DNA of 35,013 nucleotides from a virus (Duplodnaviria; Heunggongvirae; Uroviricota; Caudoviricetes): IMG/VR virus record IMGVR_UViG_2534681831_000020, positions 1 to 35,013 of that record; one strand, 5' to 3'. Shown piece by piece: positions 16,900 to 25,888 of this stretch (position 1 is its first letter; each line of letters starts with the position of its first letter). The notes under the pieces were generated by a model. It saw only the letters and a program-made list of their open reading frames with translations, ran no database searches and was not told where the DNA came from. The position numbers and the translations under genes were made by a program.

Positions 16900-18837
16900 T
16901 CATGCCGCAGTGTCTGTGCTGTTCACTTCCACCGCAATGCTGTCTATCAGTACCGGGTAAGTCGCATTCCTGGTAATGTCTGTCACATGCAGTTTATCCG
17001 CCGCAAATGCACTGACCGGTGACTGCGTCAGCGTGAACGGTGTGCCATCCTGACCATCAATAACCGGCGTCACCTGAAGGCTGTTATTCCCGGCAAAGCG
17101 GAAGGCCAGCGTATGCCATTCGTTATCAAATGCGCCAAAGGTTCCCAGTTTCAGGTTGTTTGTCGCCACTTTCGCATTGTGGTACATCACATTCAGGTCT
17201 TTTGCATCTGTCTGGATGTAGAACGCTGCCAGCAGGTTATTCCCCCCGTCTCCGGTCAGGGCAACGCCCTGTGGCAGTGAAGATACCGGCCAGTAAAACG
17301 CCATAACATACTGGTTCGCAGCCAGCACTCCCGAAACCTTAAAGCGGCAGCGAATCTGCCCCCCTTTCTGTAACAGAGCCGCACCGTTGCCCGCGGCGTA
17401 CTCCAGCACCCAGCTGCTTTTACCGGCTTCCTTGGTCAGCTTCACTGCCTTACCTCCGGTTCCCTCCGCATCGCTGACCACTTCTGCCCTGCCGCCACTG
17501 GCTGACCATCCCTGTACTTTCAGGCTTCCCTCTGACTCGCTGGCAAGGTAAGAGAGCAGTGTTGTGACGCCTGTGGCTTCTGCACCGGAAGGCGATGACG
17601 GGCGCACCTCTGATACTGTCGATGATGCCCCCGCGTTTAGCGCCACTCTTCCCGCATGGCGCAAAATCGCCGTTGCCAGACGGTCGGAAATAATCCCGCG
17701 GCGTGCCCAGGCGCTGAAATGGCTCGCCCTGTCCTGTGACGTCCAGGTGGCTGAGCTGTCACGCCATTTCGAACCGTAATATCCGATACCCGGAATGTCC
17801 GGGTCTTCTTCCGGTTTGTTCGTCGGCACATTCACCCCGTTCTCATCCGTCATGAACGGTACGAAATGGATATTCTTTTCCGTTTTGTTTTTATAGCTGC
17901 CGTACACCGTCTGGTACGTGGATTCGTTCTTCTGCTTCCAGAAATACGTCGTATCTCCACATATCCAGGGAACACCGCCAGCAGAGCCACCGACGCACTG
18001 ACCTGCCATATCCGCCAGGTCTGCACGGAATTTATCAACCAGCGCACCAAACTGTGCTGCGTGATTTGCCGGCGTACCGCCAAAATCAAATTCCCCCTGC
18101 ATCCACACCACGGCAAACAGCACATTTTTCGGATTCTTCTTCAGTGCTGCTTTTGTTCGACCGATAAGGTCCTTATACAGCGGCTTGTCCACACCCCAGC
18201 GGGTTGAATTCTCCGAGGCACCACTCGCGTCACTGTATGTGCCATCGGCTCCGGTGGTGAACGCTGAACCACCACGACAGCACGGAACCAGCAGAATGCC
18301 CGCATTCGCCGGTATAAACGGCAGCAATTTTTTGGCGATATGCAGCCCCTGCCCCACGGTTCCGTACTGCCCCTTTGACAGGTCCGCTTTCGGATGGTTA
18401 AGGCGGCTCATGTCCTGCACATCATGCAGACAATGGTCCGCCGGAATGATGTCGTTATATTTACAGGCGACACCGCCCGGTGTCACCGTACTGCGACGCG
18501 CCAGCTGCTTAATGCGCGGGTCCGGACGGTCATATGTCTCCGGCAGCGGAAGGCCTTCACCATATGCCATGCTGTTTGACTGCCCCGCCAGAACCACAAC
18601 AAAGTAATACTCCGGGTCTCTGGTGGCGCTGATTACTGTGCCTTCTCCATCCGACGGCTTCACCAACACAGGTGTGGTGACATCACCTTCCGCCGCAATG
18701 GCCTGCATCAGAGTATAAGGGGTTATGGCCACCGGACTACCAAACGGCTGCCAGCCCTCTTTCAGTTTGTGTGTCAGCTTTTCCGCAAGGTCTGACGGCG
18801 ACGCCGCCCTGACAACATCATAATGTTTAATCGACAT
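16900..18837 (-). CDS. nanS: prophage-encoded sialate O-acetylesterase NanS-p-like protein
   Basis: 645 aa; N-terminus MSIKHYDVVRAASPSDLAEKLTHKLKEGWQPFG and size match the large ORF that lies between stx and S in Stx phages, as I recall it; position immediately upstream of the lysis cassette. Confidence 0.65.
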   Translation of the reverse strand: MSIKHYDVVRAASPSDLAEKLTHKLKEGWQPFGSPVAITPYTLMQAIAAEGDVTTPVLVKPSDGEGTVISATRDPEYYFVVVLAGQSNSMAYGEGLPLPETYDRPDPRIKQLARRSTVTPGGVACKYNDIIPADHCLHDVQDMSRLNHPKADLSKGQYGTVGQGLHIAKKLLPFIPANAGILLVPCCRGGSAFTTGADGTYSDASGASENSTRWGVDKPLYKDLIGRTKAALKKNPKNVLFAVVWMQGEFDFGGTPANHAAQFGALVDKFRADLADMAGQCVGGSAGGVPWICGDTTYFWKQKNESTYQTVYGSYKNKTEKNIHFVPFMTDENGVNVPTNKPEEDPDIPGIGYYGSKWRDSSATWTSQDRASHFSAWARRGIISDRLATAILRHAGRVALNAGASSTVSEVRPSSPSGAEATGVTTLLSYLASESEGSLKVQGWSASGGRAEVVSDAEGTGGKAVKLTKEAGKSSWVLEYAAGNGAALLQKGGQIRCRFKVSGVLAANQYVMAFYWPVSSLPQGVALTGDGGNNLLAAFYIQTDAKDLNVMYHNAKVATNNLKLGTFGAFDNEWHTLAFRFAGNNSLQVTPVIDGQDGTPFTLTQSPVSAFAADKLHVTDITRNATYPVLIDSIAVEVNSTDTAA

Positions 18838-19318
18838 CGAATTTCTCCCGTGTACAGGAACAGAGTTAAAAAGCCGGAACCGGAATCAAATTACAGGATG
18901 GCCATCTGCCAGTGGCTGGTCGTAAAAAAAAGGCCACGCCATGCGCAGCCGGAAATAAAGGGATAACGATGATAGTTTGAGAAAAACAGAAACAACACTT
19001 TTGTGGCAAAGCATGGTGCCGGGTGCCTCCCGGTGAATTCAGTATCAGCACCTGAATCCGCGATTATCCCATATACCTGGTTGCTGATCGCCCCTCCGCA
19101 CAGGGGGATTCACCATGCAGAAGTGTTTTTAATAAACAGCAAACAAAAAAATCAAGCATTATGCAGGCTGTTTCTTTTTATTCACCGGCCACAGCAATAC
19201 CATAATGCCGCAGACCAGCACCCCATCCGCCACGCACCGACATGATTCTGCTGGTGAAATTCCACCATCACCACCAGAAACAGCAGGAGTGCAGCCACAG
19301 TCAGGCGCAGTTTTACCG

Positions 19319-19750
19319 TCACAGGTGATTCTCCAGACGAAGACCCAGAACACCGGCAATCTCTTCCAGCACCTTGCGCTCTTCCGGCTCAATTTCGCCG
19401 TCTGCCTCCGCAATGGCCACCGCCACATCCAGCACATCTTCCGCTTCACGCGTATCGTGTTTCACATCCTCGATCTCACGTAACGCGGCACGACGACCAA
19501 TTTTAAAATTGGTATCCAGCTGACCGATAATAGTTGCGCTAATCGCATTAATTTCCGAGGTAAACGCAGACAACGCAGGCTGATTACGTAAGACCTGTTC
19601 GATCTTCGCTTTCTCGGATGCCTCGCATTCACCATCTGCATAGGCCACCAGGTATGCAGCGTTAATCACCGCCTGTGCCAGATCGCGTTTCTCAAACTTT
19701 TTAATTTCCGCTGCCGCTCTGCGGGTTTTCTTTTTGAAGATTCCAAACAT
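19319..19750 (-). CDS. TerB-like (tellurite-resistance TerB family) protein; native upstream region displaced by the IS66 insertion
   Basis: 143 aa, MFGIFKKKTRRAAAEIKKFEKRDLAQAVINAAYLVAYADGECEASEKAKI...IAEADGEIEPEERKVLEEIA: two ADGE-containing helical repeats typical of TerB-fold proteins. Confidence 0.45.
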   Translation of the reverse strand: MFGIFKKKTRRAAAEIKKFEKRDLAQAVINAAYLVAYADGECEASEKAKIEQVLRNQPALSAFTSEINAISATIIGQLDTNFKIGRRAALREIEDVKHDTREAEDVLDVAVAIAEADGEIEPEERKVLEEIAGVLGLRLENHL

Positions 19751-19837
19751 CGGTAAGCGTAAACTGACCGCCGTATGTAGCCATCAGACGAGAATTGGTA
19801 ACTTAGACGCCCATCTGATATAGACGGACATCTAAGT

Positions 19838-20263
19838 ATGGAATTACAGGACTGGCGAAAAGAACCTCGTAAAAACTATTCGAATGAATTCAAACTTCGT
19901 ATGGTGGAACTGGCATCACAACCTGGAGCTTGTGTTGCACAGATTGCACGTGAAAATGGCGTCAATGATAATGTTATTTTCAAATGGCTCAGGCTCTGGC
20001 AGAACGAAGGGCGTGTTTCGCGGCGTCTTCCGGTAACGACCTCTTCTGACACTGGCGTTGAATTATTACCTGTAGAAATAACGCCGGATGAGCAGAAAGA
20101 ACCTGTGGCGGCCATTGCGCCGTCTTTATCCACTTCCACTCAGACCAGAGTCAGTGCCAGTTCCTGCAAGGTGGAATTCCGTCACGGTAACATGACGCTG
20201 GAAAATCCATCGCCAGAGCTGCTCACGGTGTTGATCCGTGAACTGACCGGGAGGGGAAGATGA
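19838..20263 (+). CDS. IS66-family accessory protein TnpA (orfA)
   Basis: 141 aa with helix-turn-helix region ...MVELASQPGACVAQIARENGVNDNVIFKWLR..., typical of the first ORF of IS66 elements. Confidence 0.8.
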   Translation: MELQDWRKEPRKNYSNEFKLRMVELASQPGACVAQIARENGVNDNVIFKWLRLWQNEGRVSRRLPVTTSSDTGVELLPVEITPDEQKEPVAAIAPSLSTSTQTRVSASSCKVEFRHGNMTLENPSPELLTVLIRELTGRGR

Positions 20264-20610
20264 TCTCACTCCCATCAGGTACCCGTATCTGGCTCGTTGC
20301 CGGCGTTACCGATATGCGTAAATCCTTCAACGGACTGGGAGAACAGGTACAACATGTGCTGAATGATAATCCCTTCTCCGGTCACCTGTTTATCTTCCGT
20401 GGCCGACGGGGTGACACCGTCAAAATTCTTTGGGCTGATGCTGATGGTCTGTGCCTGTTCACCAAACGCCTGGAGGAAGGCCAGTTTATCTGGCCTGCGG
20501 TACGTGACGGCAAGGTATCCATTACCCGCTCGCAACTGGCAATGCTCCTCGATAAGCTGGACTGGCGTCAGCCAAAAACATCCAGCCGTAACTCACTGAC
20601 AATGTTGTAA
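20260..20610 (+). CDS. IS66-family TnpB (orfB)
   Basis: 116 aa, MISLPSGTRIWLVAGVTDMRKSFNGLGEQVQHVL...; overlaps orfA by 4 nt as in IS66. Confidence 0.8.
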   Translation: MISLPSGTRIWLVAGVTDMRKSFNGLGEQVQHVLNDNPFSGHLFIFRGRRGDTVKILWADADGLCLFTKRLEEGQFIWPAVRDGKVSITRSQLAMLLDKLDWRQPKTSSRNSLTML

Positions 20611-20913
20611 AAAACTCCTGACCGCATTATAAAAACGGTCATGAGTCAGAAATACCTCATTCGCATCGCAGAGCTGGAAAGGTTGCTCTCTGAGCAGGCT
20701 GAAGCCCTCCGTCAGAAAGACCAGCAACTGAGTCTGGTTGAAGAGACGGAAGCCTTCCTGCGCTCTGCACTGACACGTGCCGAAGAAAAGATCGAAGAAG
20801 ATGAACGGGAAATAGAACATCTGCGGGCTCAGATAGAAAAACTGCGCCGGATGCTGTTCTGAACCGCCCCGGAAATCCTGGAGACTAAACTCCCTGAGAA
20901 AGAGGTAAACAGG

Positions 20914-21240
20914 ATGACTAAAAATACTCGTTTTTCCCCCGAAGTCCGTCAGCGGGCGATTCGTATGGTTCTGGAAAGTCAGGATGAATATGACTCACAG
21001 TGGGCGGCAATTTGTTCCATTGCCCCAAAGATTGGCTGTACGCCGGAGACTCTGCGTGTCTGGGTTCGCCAGCATGAGCGGGATACCGGGGGCGGTGATG
21101 GTGGGCTCACCAGCGCTGAACGTCAGCGTCTGAAAGAGCTGGAACGTGAAAATCGTGAACTGCGCCGCAGTAACGATATCCTTCGCCAGGCTTCCGCTTA
21201 TTTTGCGAAGGCGGAGTTCGACCGCCTCTGGAAAAAATGA
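20914..21240 (+). CDS. IS3-family transposase OrfA (IS629-like)
   Basis: 108 aa, [60 protein letters not shown]... Confidence 0.85.
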   Translation: MTKNTRFSPEVRQRAIRMVLESQDEYDSQWAAICSIAPKIGCTPETLRVWVRQHERDTGGGDGGLTSAERQRLKELERENRELRRSNDILRQASAYFAKAEFDRLWKK

Positions 21241-22127
21241 TGCCACTGCTGGATAAGCTGCGTGAGCAGTACGGGGTCGGACCGGTATGCAGCGAACTGC
21301 ATATTGCCCCGTCAACGTATTACCATTGTCAGCAACAGCGACATCATCCGGATAAACGCAGTGCCCGTGCGCAGCACGACGACTGGCTGAAGAGAGAGAT
21401 ACAGCGCGTATACGATGAAAATCATCAGGTGTACGGTGTGCGTAAAGTCTGGCGTCAGTTGTTACGGGAAGGAATCAGGGTGGCCAGATGTACAGTGGCA
21501 CGTCTCATGGCGGTTATGGGACTTGCCGGTGTTCTCCGGGGTAAAAAGGTCCGTACGACCATCAGCCGGAAAGCCGTTGCCGCAGGCGACCGCGTAAACC
21601 GTCAGTTCGTGGCAGAACGACCTGACCAGCTGTGGGTGGCTGATTTTACTTACGTCAGCACATGGCAGGGCTTCGTCTATGTGGCGTTTATCATTGATGT
21701 GTTTGCCGGATACATCGTGGGGTGGCGGGTCTCATCGTCTATGGAAACGACATTCGTGCTGGATGCGCTGGAGCAGGCGTTGTGGGCCCGTCGTCCGTCT
21801 GGCACCATCCATCACAGCGATAAAGGCTCTCAGTATGTGTCACTGGCCTATACGGAGCGACTAAAAGAAGCCGGATTACTGGCATCAACAGGGAGTACAG
21901 GCGACTCGTATGACAACGCGATGGCTGAGAGCATCAATGGTCTTTACAAAGCGGAGGTAATACACCGTAAGAGCTGGAAAAACCGTGCAGAAGTGGAACT
22001 GGCCACACTAACGTGGGTGGACTGGTATAACAATCGACGATTGCTGGGAAGGCTGGGCCATACTCCTCCGGCAGAAGCAGAAAAAGCTTATTATGCTTCC
22101 ATCGGAAACGATGATCTGGCAGCCTGA
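21237..22127 (+). CDS. IS3-family transposase OrfB (integrase-like catalytic domain; IS629-like)
   Basis: 296 aa with the DDE-type region ...[31 protein letters not shown]...[11 protein letters not shown]...[16 protein letters not shown]... Confidence 0.85.
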   Translation: MMPLLDKLREQYGVGPVCSELHIAPSTYYHCQQQRHHPDKRSARAQHDDWLKREIQRVYDENHQVYGVRKVWRQLLREGIRVARCTVARLMAVMGLAGVLRGKKVRTTISRKAVAAGDRVNRQFVAERPDQLWVADFTYVSTWQGFVYVAFIIDVFAGYIVGWRVSSSMETTFVLDALEQALWARRPSGTIHHSDKGSQYVSLAYTERLKEAGLLASTGSTGDSYDNAMAESINGLYKAEVIHRKSWKNRAEVELATLTWVDWYNNRRLLGRLGHTPPAEAEKAYYASIGNDDLAA

Positions 22128-23772
22128 GTTCACAGATAAAACACTCTCCAGGAAACCCGGGGCGGTTCAGTTCGGTACCCGTTCTGAAAAACTGCGTCGT
22201 GAAGTTGAACTGGCTGAGGCTCTGCTGAAACAACGTGAACAGGACAGCGATCGTTACAGTGGGCGGGAAGACGATCCTCAGGTTCCCCGCCAGTTGCGAC
22301 AGTCGCGCCATCGTCGTCCGTTACCGGCACACCTTCCCCGTGAAATACACCGCCTGGAGCCAGAAGAAAGCTGTTGCCCGGAGTGTGGCGGTGAGCTGGA
22401 TTATCTGGGAGAAGTCAGCGCTGAACAGCTGGAACTGGTGAGCAGTGCCCTGAAAGTGATCCGCACAGAACGGGTAAAAAAGCCTGTACAAAATGTGACT
22501 GTATTGTTGAAGCACCGGCGCCGTCCCGCCCGATAGAGCGTGGTATCGCGGGCCCCGGATTACTTGCCCGCGTGTTAACGGGAAAATACTGCGAACATCT
22601 GCCACTGTATCGTCAGAGTGAAATCTTTGCCCGCCAGGGTGTCGAACTGAGCCGGGCCTTACTCTCCAACTGGGTTGACGCGTGCTGCCAGTTAATGACA
22701 CCGGTGAATGATGCCCTGTACCGTTATGTGATGAATACCCGCAAGCTTCACACTGACGACACACCGGTAAAGGTACTGGCACCGGGCCTGAAAAAGACGA
22801 AAACAGGGCGCATCTGGACGTATGTCCGGGATGATCGCAATGCGGGTTCGTCATCTCCTCCGGCGGTCTGGTTCGCGTACTCATCGAACCGGCAGGGGAA
22901 ACACCCGGAGCAACACCTCCGCCCCTTCCGGGGTATCCTGCAGGCGGATGCGTTCACAGGTTATGACAGGCTGTTCAGTGCAGAACGTGAAGGTAGTGCG
23001 CTGACAGAAGTTGCGTGCTGGGCTCATGCCCGGAGAAAAATCCACGATGTATACATCAGCAGCAAAAGTGCGACGGCAGAAGAAGCCCTGAAGCGAATCA
23101 GTGAACTGTACGCCATCGAGGATGAAATACGGGGATTACCAGAATCAGAGCGTCTTGCAGCCAGGCAGCAGCGAAGCAAAGCGTTACTGACGTCGCTGCA
23201 TGAATGGATGGTGGAGAAGAATGGCACGCTGTCGAAAAAATCCAGACTGGGCGAAGCGTTCAGCTATGTACTGAATCAGTGGGACGCCCTCTGTTATTAC
23301 AGTGATGACGGTCTGGCGGAGGTGGACAATAACACAGCGGAAAGAGCGCTTCGTGCAGTCTGTCTCGGAAAGAAAAATTACGTGTTCTTCGGTAGCGATC
23401 ACGGCGGCGAGCGTGGAGCACTGCTGTACGGGCTGAGCGGCACCTGCCGTCTGAACGGTATCGATCCGGAAGCGTATCTGCGCCATATTCTGAGCGTACT
23501 GCCGGAATGGCCCTCCAACCGTGTTGACGAACTCCTGCCATGGAACGTAGTACTCACCAATAAATAAGCGTCAATACGGTGCTCCGTTGACGCTTACAAA
23601 CATCGTGACGTTCCTTTGGGTGGGTGAGCCAACGCCCGGGAGCGATCTGCCCACAGAGAAAGTCACACTGACCACTCCGTAAGCTCACCCCCGAAAGGCT
23701 CTGTGGTTGATATGCGCCGGGCGTGGCGCAGATACAAAAAAGGCCCGCCGAAGCGAGCCTGGAAAATAAGTG

Positions 23773-23849
23773 TGGCGCGTTGTAGTGGAGTCTAACCACT
23801 GACCGATTGCTTAGAAGGCAATTGCTCTGTCCGACTGAGCTAACAACGC
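23773..23849 (-). tRNA. tRNA-Arg, anticodon TCT (UCU)
   Basis: Manual cloverleaf: acceptor GCGTTGT/ACAACGC, D-arm GCTC...GAGC, anticodon loop CTTCTAA, T-arm AGTGG-TTAGACT-CCACT, discriminator G, encoded CCA; 77 nt. Confidence 0.7.
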
Positions 23850-23862
23850 ATGATGCTGATAA

Positions 23863-23939
23863 TGGACCGCCATCGGGGACTTGAACCCCGCGCAGCCAGC
23901 TTCGAAGGCTGGCGCTCTGTCCCGATGAGCTAATAGCGG
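23863..23939 (-). tRNA. tRNA-Arg, anticodon TCG (UCG)
   Basis: Manual cloverleaf: acceptor CCGCTAT/ATGGCGG (one G-U pair), anticodon loop CTTCGAA, T-arm CGGGG-TTCAAGT-CCCCG, encoded CCA; 77 nt. Confidence 0.65.
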
Positions 23940-23948
23940 TATGTAATA

Positions 23949-24024
23949 TGGTGGCCCTTGCTGGATTTGAACCAGCGACCTGGCGATTATGAGTCGCTCG
24001 CTCTCACCACTGAGCTAAAGGACC
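23949..24024 (-). tRNA. tRNA with CAT anticodon, tRNA-Ile2 (lysidine) type
   Basis: GGTCCTTTAGCTCAGTGGTGAGAGCGAGCGACTCATAATCGCCAGGTCGCTGGTTCAAATCCAGCAAGGGCCACCA; closely resembles E. coli tRNA-Ile2 as I recall it; anticodon loop CTCATAA; 76 nt with encoded CCA. Confidence 0.75.
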
Positions 24025-24052
24025 GAGCCAAAAAATAATAATCAGATGAAAA

Positions 24053-24766
24053 TCAATAATCAAGCCCTTGCCTGGATACATATCTGTCTGGCGGGAAGCC
24101 ATAATAGCGGTGAAATACAGAAATAAAGTAGGACCTGCTTGAATAACCGCATTTTTCTGCTATAGCCTGTCCATATCCATGCCGGGAACATAACATATTT
24201 ACAGCAACACGCATCCGCTCTTCCAGCAACAAGCGACTGAACATGCCCCCTTCATTTTTCAGTTTTGTCTTTAACAAACTCTCACTCATATGCAACTGTA
24301 GAGCAATCGCACCAAGCGTCCAGCTTGCTGATATATCTGTCTGAATTATCGCCCTGACTTTGGCACTTATGCTGGATAAACATCCACTTAAAAACAATGA
24401 CATCCGTTCATCTGTTTCAAACAGAGACAGGCAGGCCATCATAAGAAACATATCCGTGACCTCTCCGGAAAATCCCTGGCTGGTAATTAAAGCCGCAGCC
24501 AACGCAGGATTGTTGGGTTCCAGCAACAGGTAAAGCGGAATGTCAGTCAGACGAGTCCTCGTCAGCTTATGCTGACTTTCCAGATATTGACTTACGACGG
24601 ATTCGCTTATATCGACAATTTTAACTTTGCCATAATGCATAAGGAAAAGCTCCCTGATGCATTTGGTGGCCAGAACGACTGAGCCTGGCTTAAGTGACAA
24701 CGTATCCTTTTCAAGAAAAATATTAATTGGGGAGCAAACCATGATAACTGAACAGACAACAGCCAT
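24053..24766 (-). CDS. AraC-family transcriptional regulator (prophage cargo)
   Basis: 237 aa; C-terminal tandem helix-turn-helix with AraC signature ...WTLGAIALQLHMSESLLKTKLKNEGGMFSRLLLEERMRVAVNMLCSRHGYGQAIAEKCGYSSRSYFISVFHRYYGFPPDRY; gene is visibly AT-rich compared with neighbouring phage genes. Confidence 0.75.
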   Translation of the reverse strand: MAVVCSVIMVCSPINIFLEKDTLSLKPGSVVLATKCIRELFLMHYGKVKIVDISESVVSQYLESQHKLTRTRLTDIPLYLLLEPNNPALAAALITSQGFSGEVTDMFLMMACLSLFETDERMSLFLSGCLSSISAKVRAIIQTDISASWTLGAIALQLHMSESLLKTKLKNEGGMFSRLLLEERMRVAVNMLCSRHGYGQAIAEKCGYSSRSYFISVFHRYYGFPPDRYVSRQGLDY

Positions 24767-24900
24767 TATAATTTACTTTCATTAGCAATTTGGTTAGCTC
24801 AATTATAGCCCCAAAAGGTAAATTATCATCAACACATAAGCAAAGGACTGACAGGTCGTCGCCCCCCACCAGCCGCCCATTCACCACAAATAAAAAGCCT

Positions 24901-25098
24901 TCAGGACTGAAGGCGTCTGTAACAACCGCACTGATAGTCTGCCAGACCCGCCATAACAAGCTGGGTCAGTATTAACTGGCAGCGTTCGCGTGAAAGGTAA
25001 GTATTCTGCGCAATCTCCCCGACTGTCGCCGGTTCGGTAACGCTTAATTCATTAAACACCACTCTGGCGGTTTCTGTCATATCCTGCTGTTTTAGCAT
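24901..25098 (-). CDS. small winged-helix protein, possibly PapI/FaeA-like regulator
   Basis: About 60 aa, ...EPATVGEIAQNTYLSRERCQLILTQLVMAGLADYQ resembles the PapI/FaeA recognition helix region; weak. Confidence 0.3.
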   Translation of the reverse strand: MLKQQDMTETARVVFNELSVTEPATVGEIAQNTYLSRERCQLILTQLVMAGLADYQCGCYRRLQS

Positions 25099-25218
25099 GT
25101 CTTTTTTCCCTTTTGGTTAACGTGACATACCAATAACTCTTGTCCAAAAAGCCAGCAAGCAGAAAGACCGGTATTCGCAACCACCAGCGCATTTAACGCC
25201 CCGTGCCGTTTTTCAGTC

Positions 25219-25243
25219 ATAAAAAAACCCGCAAAAAGCGGGC
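25219..25243 (-). terminator. intrinsic terminator about 80 nt downstream of the Q-like gene (candidate tR')
   Basis: Minus strand: agCCCGCtttttGCGGGttttttta, a 5-bp GC stem with T7 tail. Confidence 0.5.
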
Positions 25244-25321
25244 TCTTTCAAATGTCCATGTCTGCTATTCGCCTCGCGGTACAGCTTTGCGAAGCGTACC
25301 GGAATTGAAGCAGTTTTTACG

Positions 25322-25888
25322 TCAAAAAGCAATAACTTTTTTATCTATACCAAAAGCCATAACCATTGGTTTGTACAAAATAAATTCTGCCACCTTTAGC
25401 CAATGCTCAATGCGTCTTTCACAGGTTCTTAAACTCCATTCCGGATGTGCATCATTCAGCAGTTCAGCCATTTTGCGCTTAGTCATCCCCCGCCCCACAT
25501 AACGCTGACTCAGAACATTGAGCAGCCCGGGATAACCTGCCAGTACTTCACCAATAACCCTGTCGATTATTAACGCCTCTGAATCGGTACAATGTGCCAG
25601 CCAGCTTTTTTGATTGCCGTTGATCATATCCCGCAAAAAAGCCTCAAGTTCAGGTTTGTCCAGACCCGCTTTTTTCATCCTCCGGAGCGCCTCGTTAATT
25701 GCCGTTTTTGTCAGCTTTTTAGAGGTCAGTAATTGGTTGAACATATTTCCCGTCTTACCGTCGCCAATATACGACCAACGCCCCCACATACGCAGTTTCC
25801 CCTGGATCCAGACACTTTCCAGCGTTTTCAGGCGTAAATGCTCACCGCTTTTGCCTGTAATTTCCGGGTATATCATATTTATGCTCAC
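25322..25888 (-). CDS. putative late-gene antitermination protein Q
   Basis: 188-aa ORF directly downstream of rusA (overlapping by 4 nt) and upstream of a terminator, tRNAs and the lysis genes, which is the Q position in lambdoid phages; assigned mainly by position. Confidence 0.45.
   Translation of the reverse strand: MSINMIYPEITGKSGEHLRLKTLESVWIQGKLRMWGRWSYIGDGKTGNMFNQLLTSKKLTKTAINEALRRMKKAGLDKPELEAFLRDMINGNQKSWLAHCTDSEALIIDRVIGEVLAGYPGLLNVLSQRYVGRGMTKRKMAELLNDAHPEWSLRTCERRIEHWLKVAEFILYKPMVMAFGIDKKVIAF

Larger units (their letters stand above)
20860..22169 (+). mobile_element. IS629-like element (IS3 family), 1310 bp, nested inside the IS66 transposase gene
   Basis: Terminal inverted repeats TGAACCGCCCCGGaaaTCCTGGAGA / TCTCCAGGAAACCCGGGGCGGTTCA; flanking direct repeat GTTC; length 1310 bp; orfA/orfB pair inside. 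Confidence 0.85.
20641..23567 (+). pseudogene. IS66-family transposase (orfC), split by the IS629-like insertion (20860..22169) and carrying a 1-nt frame break in an A-run near 22483
   Basis: N-terminal piece MSQKYLIRIAELERLLSEQAEALRQ...RRMLF stops at the IS629 end; removing the IS and one TSD copy restores ...RRMLFGTRSEKLRREVELAEALL...; a frame break separates the 22093..22536 and 22572..23567 pieces at gtaaaaaagcctg. Confidence 0.8.
19753..23597 (+). mobile_element. IS66-family insertion sequence (about 2.5 kb excluding the nested IS629-like element), flanked by an 8-bp target-site duplication AAACATCG
   Basis: Imperfect terminal inverted repeats starting GTAAGCG (19753.. and reverse complement at ..23597); identical 8-mer aaacatcg at 19745..19752 and 23598..23605; contains orfA, orfB and a transposase orfC. 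Confidence 0.8.

Noticed and set aside
18838-19318. Possible Shiga toxin genes between the tRNA block and the nanS-like gene
   Set aside because: No ORF of the size or signal-peptide character of StxA (about 315 aa) or StxB (about 89 aa) is present; the interval contains only the TerB-like gene, insertion sequences and short spurious ORFs.
22130-22884. Minus-strand ORFs (22130..22330, 22321..22884) within the IS66 transposase region
   Set aside because: Antisense to a well-conserved transposase reading frame; no independent support.
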